Origin: Minutocellus sp. GHC0000111
Lineage: Eukaryota
DNA: 64,000 bases
Direction of reading: 5' to 3'
Assembly (NCBI GenBank): GCA_977018835.1
Contig: OZ361261.1
Span: 1,922,001-1,986,000, forward strand
Made by a program: the position numbers and the translations under genes. This document shows positions 59,675 to 64,000 of this stretch, one piece after another. The notes beneath the pieces are model-generated. The model was not told the origin of the DNA and made no database searches. It saw nothing but the letters and a program-made list of their open reading frames with translations. Positions within the stretch are counted from its first letter, which is position 1. Each line of letters starts with the position of its first letter.

Positions 59675-60073
59675 AATGCTGTTCTATTCTGGGTAAACAA
59701 GTGAGGATATCAACGGCCACGAGAGCGAGAGATGGATTGTGATTTCGTGCTCGGCGGGGCGATTTTTGGTTGAAGCCGCTTTTCGATGACGATTTGCTTC
59801 CGGGTTGCATCATTTTAGGGGGATGTGAGGTTGGATCTCCCGAAAGGCAGATTAGCGGGGAAAACCAGGGAGGACAGCGCGGCTGGCTTGGCAGCGATTT
59901 GCAGAGAGATTCTCTTTTCTCTCATGGGGAGAACTGGTGGTAGACGTCTAATAGCAATGCATTTGTTGAGTAAAAATTATCACTAATTAATACTTTACAA
60001 AAATAATACATATGTATAGTCTACGCACTGTGTCCTTCGGTACCTTATGCACAAGGACGTGTGTGATGTCTGC

Positions 60074-62188
60074 TTATATCTCCATCCCACCTTCTTGCTC
60101 CATCGATATGGAAGCCCCATCGGCCGCCGCCGCTATCGCAACTGCACTCTCAGCCAGCGCCGAAGGTGCCGCTGGCGTATCTGCTACCGTGCTGCCATCG
60201 TCCTCTCCAGGACCCCAAAAGTCCAACTCACGAAGCTCAACGACGCGCTCGGCCGTCATCTGACTCTTCCGACCCTCCCTCCTGGCCTTCATCTCACCGC
60301 GCTGCTTGCTAACCCACTTGGCCAGCTTGGGGTCCTTGGCATAGGTGTACGGGACACGGCAGTGTCCGTGCTGGGCCTTGTAGGCGCGCAGGGCCTCCAT
60401 CCGCTCGGACCAAACCGTGGCGCGGGAGGTGAAGGTGAATCCAATCGCCTTGAGGCGCTCCTCTCGCTCATCGGTCATCTGCGTCGGCTTGCCCTCCGAT
60501 TTCAGTCGAAGCTCATTCTTCTGCTTCTCGACCCAGTTGGCCAGTGGTTGATTTTCGGGATACTTGTGAGGGACGGCGAGGCTACCCGTCCGTCGTTCGT
60601 AGTCTACGAGCTCCCGCAGTCGCAGCTCCCACTTGGTCTGCTGCGTGGGACGGTTGGTCTTGCCGGTAGCAGCAGCAGCAGCAGCAGATCCCGATCCCTG
60701 TGCGACGGCAGCATCCGCGGCGGTAGCCGTCTGCACCTGGCTGTAGTAGGCATTGTCCTCGTCGCCCTCGGCCCTACCACCTCCCGCGGCAGCAGCCTTG
60801 CTCGCAGGCCCCGACCGGAGACTGAAGACGAATCCCGCATCGGCCAACCTCTGCACACGCTCCTCGGTCAGCTGGCTGTGCTTCCCGGCCTTGAGCATCT
60901 TGTACCAATAGCGCTGCCGGTCGACCCACCGGGCCAGCTTGGGGTTGGCCTCGTAGTTGTACTTGACGCGGCAATCTCCGTGGACGCGCTTGTATTCGAG
61001 AAGCTCGGAGAAGCTTGACTCCCACCGGGCCGTGTGCTTGTTGGGACCGTTGGCAGCGCTGGTTCCGGCGCCGAGATCGGTGTTGGCGTTGGTGGCAGTG
61101 CTCGATGCGGCTGCCGCAGCGGCGGCGGCGGCGGATTGGGCGGTCCCCGCCACCTCCGGCTTGGCCCCGGCCGCCACGGCGGCAGGTCCGACGAAGGCCA
61201 GCTCCTCCAACTTGCGGGCCCGCTCCTCCGTCATCTGACTCTTCTTGCCCTCCCTGAGGAGGCGGTACCAGTACCTCTGCCGATCGCACCACTTGCCCAA
61301 CTTGGCAAAGTCGGCGTCGACCCCGGAGGCGGGAACGGCGTCCCCCTCCAGCTCGTGCGTGTAGGGGATGTCGTGACAGACCCCGCCGTGGTCGTTCTTG
61401 TATTGAACGAGTAGGTCGTAGCGGGCGTTCCACTTGGTCTCGTTGCCCCCCATGCCGCCGCCGGTGCGCTCCTCGAGGTCGAGGCCGATGGACTTGAGGG
61501 CGGCAATCCTCGCCGGCGTCATGGAGGTGGTGAGCTGCCTCCGGTGGTGGGACGACGACGAGGAGGACGATTCGGTCTGCCCCAGGCGGATCTTGACGAG
61601 ATTGCGATACTGCGTGCACTGGTTGTGCACCCAGTGGTACAGGCTGCGCGTACCGGGGCCGTACTTGACGAAGGTCGACCCGCCGTTGGCCTCAGCGAAC
61701 CGCCGCAGCTCTTCGAACATGCCCTGCCACTGCTCGTCGGCGGTAATTGGCGGCGCGGGGATGGCGGCTGCTGCCGCTGCCGAAGTCTTGGCGGCGGCCC
61801 GGGCATCTCCGTCTTCGGGGACCGACGATGCCTTGCGCTTCTGTCCTCGGGATGGAGTGGAGTCCTCGATGAGTCCCAGAGGTGGGAGGGGTTCCAAATC
61901 ATCTTCCGGGGGGAGAAGGCCGTCGACTCCGGTGCCGGCCGCCGCCTCGGGTGCCGCCGCAGCAACTCCTGCCGTTTGCGTGGTGGCCTGTTCGACGACG
62001 GCCGCCGCCACGACCGCCGCGGTTTCCGCCGCCGAGGCCGCGTCGGCCACGACGCCACCAGCGGCAGCAGCCGCCTCCGGAGCAGCCGATGCCACGGCGG
62101 TGCCCTCAATGAACTTCCGGCCAGAGTTGGCACGGAACCCACCGGCCTTGTGGACCGGACGGTTCCTGGAACCCCTGGGACGGCCCAT
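60074..62188 (-). CDS. HA-domain protein (5 repeats) with N-terminal AT-hook
   Basis: MGRPRGSRN (AT-hook). Five W...F/L..L..YK..HG.C.V......LA.WV..QR...MT.ER...L units. Confidence 0.88.
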   Translation of the reverse strand: MGRPRGSRNRPVHKAGGFRANSGRKFIEGTAVASAAPEAAAAAGGVVADAASAAETAAVVAAAVVEQATTQTAGVAAAAPEAAAGTGVDGLLPPEDDLEPLPPLGLIEDSTPSRGQKRKASSVPEDGDARAAAKTSAAAAAAIPAPPITADEQWQGMFEELRRFAEANGGSTFVKYGPGTRSLYHWVHNQCTQYRNLVKIRLGQTESSSSSSSHHRRQLTTSMTPARIAALKSIGLDLEERTGGGMGGNETKWNARYDLLVQYKNDHGGVCHDIPYTHELEGDAVPASGVDADFAKLGKWCDRQRYWYRLLREGKKSQMTEERARKLEELAFVGPAAVAAGAKPEVAGTAQSAAAAAAAAASSTATNANTDLGAGTSAANGPNKHTARWESSFSELLEYKRVHGDCRVKYNYEANPKLARWVDRQRYWYKMLKAGKHSQLTEERVQRLADAGFVFSLRSGPASKAAAAGGGRAEGDEDNAYYSQVQTATAADAAVAQGSGSAAAAAATGKTNRPTQQTKWELRLRELVDYERRTGSLAVPHKYPENQPLANWVEKQKNELRLKSEGKPTQMTDEREERLKAIGFTFTSRATVWSERMEALRAYKAQHGHCRVPYTYAKDPKLAKWVSKQRGEMKARREGRKSQMTAERVVELRELDFWGPGEDDGSTVADTPAAPSALAESAVAIAAAADGASISMEQEGGMEI

Positions 62189-62703
62189 TTTGATTTCTTT
62201 CTCGTGTCTTGCAAGAAGTTACCGTTGAAATTCAAGGGACTCTTCGCCCCAAATCGGCACAAATGCGATGCAGATTGATGTGATAGATTGGGTTTGGTGG
62301 TGCGGTGGAGGGATATCGATGGAATTTGGGACCGGAAGGCAACGTATCCCGGTCGTATCCTGGGGACGGCACAAGATGTGTTGGTGCGTTGGTTTTTGAC
62401 TGTTTGTGTTTTGAGTGAGTTTGGAATTGAGGGGCAGGAGATCTCCCTGAATTTAAACCGAACAACAACCAGGAGTCAGTTGAGAGCGGCAACCACCGAA
62501 CATCATGGAGAGATACTCCACAGCGCATCCATGAGGATATGCGGAATCGAACGATGAAGGCAGCACATCAGAATAGTCGGCTTTCTTGCCGCCCCGTATT
62601 TCGCATTTGCACCTCAAATATCACCACCCTCTCGATCGATCTCTCAGTTTGTTCTTCTCACCACATCAAGCAATATTAGACTCTACTTAGATTTACTTTT
62701 TAC

Positions 62704-63522
62704 TTAGACGATATAATACTTTGTCCCGTGGATGAGCGTGTGTGGTAGGCTCTCTTGTTTTGGAGGGGCTGCCACCTTGGACTTCTTTTTGGCGGGAGAA
62801 TGAGATTCGCCAATGCTGCTGCTGCTGTCATTATTCTCGGCAGCACTTCTCTTCCCATTCGGCGATACAAGAGGAGACGTCTTTACCGCGGCACCATCCT
62901 GTTGCGCATTCAGTGGATCAGTAGAAGTACCCGCTGATTCCTTTTGACTTGAAGCTGCGGTGGATTCTTCAGTACCGGTACCGACTGTCTTGCTACCTGC
63001 ATGCGCACTTGGATCAATCGTCGGATGAGATACCGGCGTCGGTGCATCGCCCACCCACTTTAGTTCGCCCTTGCCGGTCCAGTAGACCAGATCGAACCAC
63101 CTCACATCTCCATCATCAAAGGTCACCTGGTGCGTCGCTTTGAGCTTTATGGTGCCATTAGTACTGCTCTCGTCGGACTTGCTCTTGGCACCCCGCCTCC
63201 CTCCGCGCTTTCCACCGCCTCCAGCACCGGCGTTGGCTTTGGCATTGGCCGGCTCCAATTGCACAGCGGTTATGGTCCCCTCGTACCACTGATGGGCCAT
63301 CGGCTCGTCGTCCTTGCCAGTGTCAACATCAAACAAAACCTGAACGCGGCGGTTCAGCACCTCCTCTTTGAATATCAGGCCATTGGCACCGCTGGCATTC
63401 GTGGTGTTTTTGCCGTTGGTGGTGGCCGCTTGTTCGTCCTCCTCGGGATCGGCCTTGATGGCCGCGGCGCCACTGCTTGAGGAGCTCTCGCGACGCTTTC
63501 TCCCGGAGGGTGGTTTTGCCAT
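62704..63522 (-). CDS. Nuclear protein with Tudor/chromo-barrel-like domain (may continue in a further exon)
   Basis: LNRRVQVLF...WYEGTITAV...HQVTFDDGDVRWFDL. Basic NLS-like patches. Confidence 0.65.
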   Translation of the reverse strand: MAKPPSGRKRRESSSSSGAAAIKADPEEDEQAATTNGKNTTNASGANGLIFKEEVLNRRVQVLFDVDTGKDDEPMAHQWYEGTITAVQLEPANAKANAGAGGGGKRGGRRGAKSKSDESSTNGTIKLKATHQVTFDDGDVRWFDLVYWTGKGELKWVGDAPTPVSHPTIDPSAHAGSKTVGTGTEESTAASSQKESAGTSTDPLNAQQDGAAVKTSPLVSPNGKRSAAENNDSSSSIGESHSPAKKKSKVAAPPKQESLPHTLIHGTKYYIV

Positions 63523-63801
63523 CTTTGCTGGTGGGAATTCCTACTCTAGCCAACAATGCTGCTGCGAGAACAGATGAGCAAGTCAATACTAGCTAGTACC
63601 GCGAAAAAACGATGGCATCAGTGAATTCGCCAGCGGCCAGCGGCCAGCGCATTGCGTAGAGGGGCAGGGACTCTCCCTGGATTCAAACCATAGAACCGCG
63701 ATGATCTGCGATCTGACTTGTGAAACAGAACCCGAAGTTGCAAAGAAGCGACGGCGGTGAATCAGCCATAAATTCTAAGTAATACAATACAATTGACGAC
63801 C

Positions 63802-64000
63802 ATGACGACCCCAATGCTAGCGAAGAAGCTGTCCGAGTCGTTCATCACGACGAAGAGAGACCAGACGCTGCCCAGCCTGCAGCCCCTGCCGGCGTCGGAG
63901 AGCGCAGGATCCATCACAAGCGGTAGCGATGAAGATGATGCCGCCCCGTCTCCCTTCCCAAGCGGTTCGATTCCTCCTCCCGATGGATCACTCAATGATC
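63802..64000 (+). CDS. 5' end of a hypothetical protein (runs off the window)
   Basis: ATG at 63802 opens MTTPMLAKKLSESF... with no stop to the window end. Confidence 0.4.
   Translation, partial: MTTPMLAKKLSESFITTKRDQTLPSLQPLPASESAGSITSGSDEDDAAPSPFPSGSIPPPDGSLND

Noticed and set aside
1..64000. rRNA, tRNA or prokaryotic operon/defence systems
   Set aside because: None recognised by eye. Gene structure is eukaryotic with spliceosomal introns.

Overview
Gene-dense eukaryotic nuclear DNA, most likely from a diatom or another photosynthetic stramenopile. The basis is short GT-AG introns, bipartite signal + 'AF' plastid-targeting N-termini, and HA-domain, DUF6824, Sel1/RING and AAA families typical of diatoms. 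About 30 protein-coding loci are visible, including MnmG/GidA, SPCS3, ACADS, a TMTC-like mannosyltransferase, GT8, a Nudix hydrolase and an MDR dehydrogenase. Many carry single-base frameshifts in homopolymers that look like long-read assembly errors. The most notable signals are mobile-DNA related. (1) Two related TA-flanked Tc1/mariner elements (20012-22339 and 41146-44790) encode an unusual DD38D transposase with an HMG-box-like N-terminal segment, and each carries a second, opposite-strand ORF. (2) Many intergenic spacers hold stacked TA-[palindrome]-TA units (TACATGTA, TAGATCTA, TAGGCCTA, TAGGAATTCCTA, TACGAGCTCGTA) that read as accumulated excision footprints. One matches the CGAG...CTCG ends of the resident elements, and some sit inside coding sequence. 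(3) Repeat-derived DNA is strongly TpA-depleted with Tyr->Cys/His drift, suggesting a repeat-targeted TA->TG/CA hypermutation process. (4) A ~265-bp piece of that repeat is captured inside the TMTC-like gene. All counts and alignments were done by eye.
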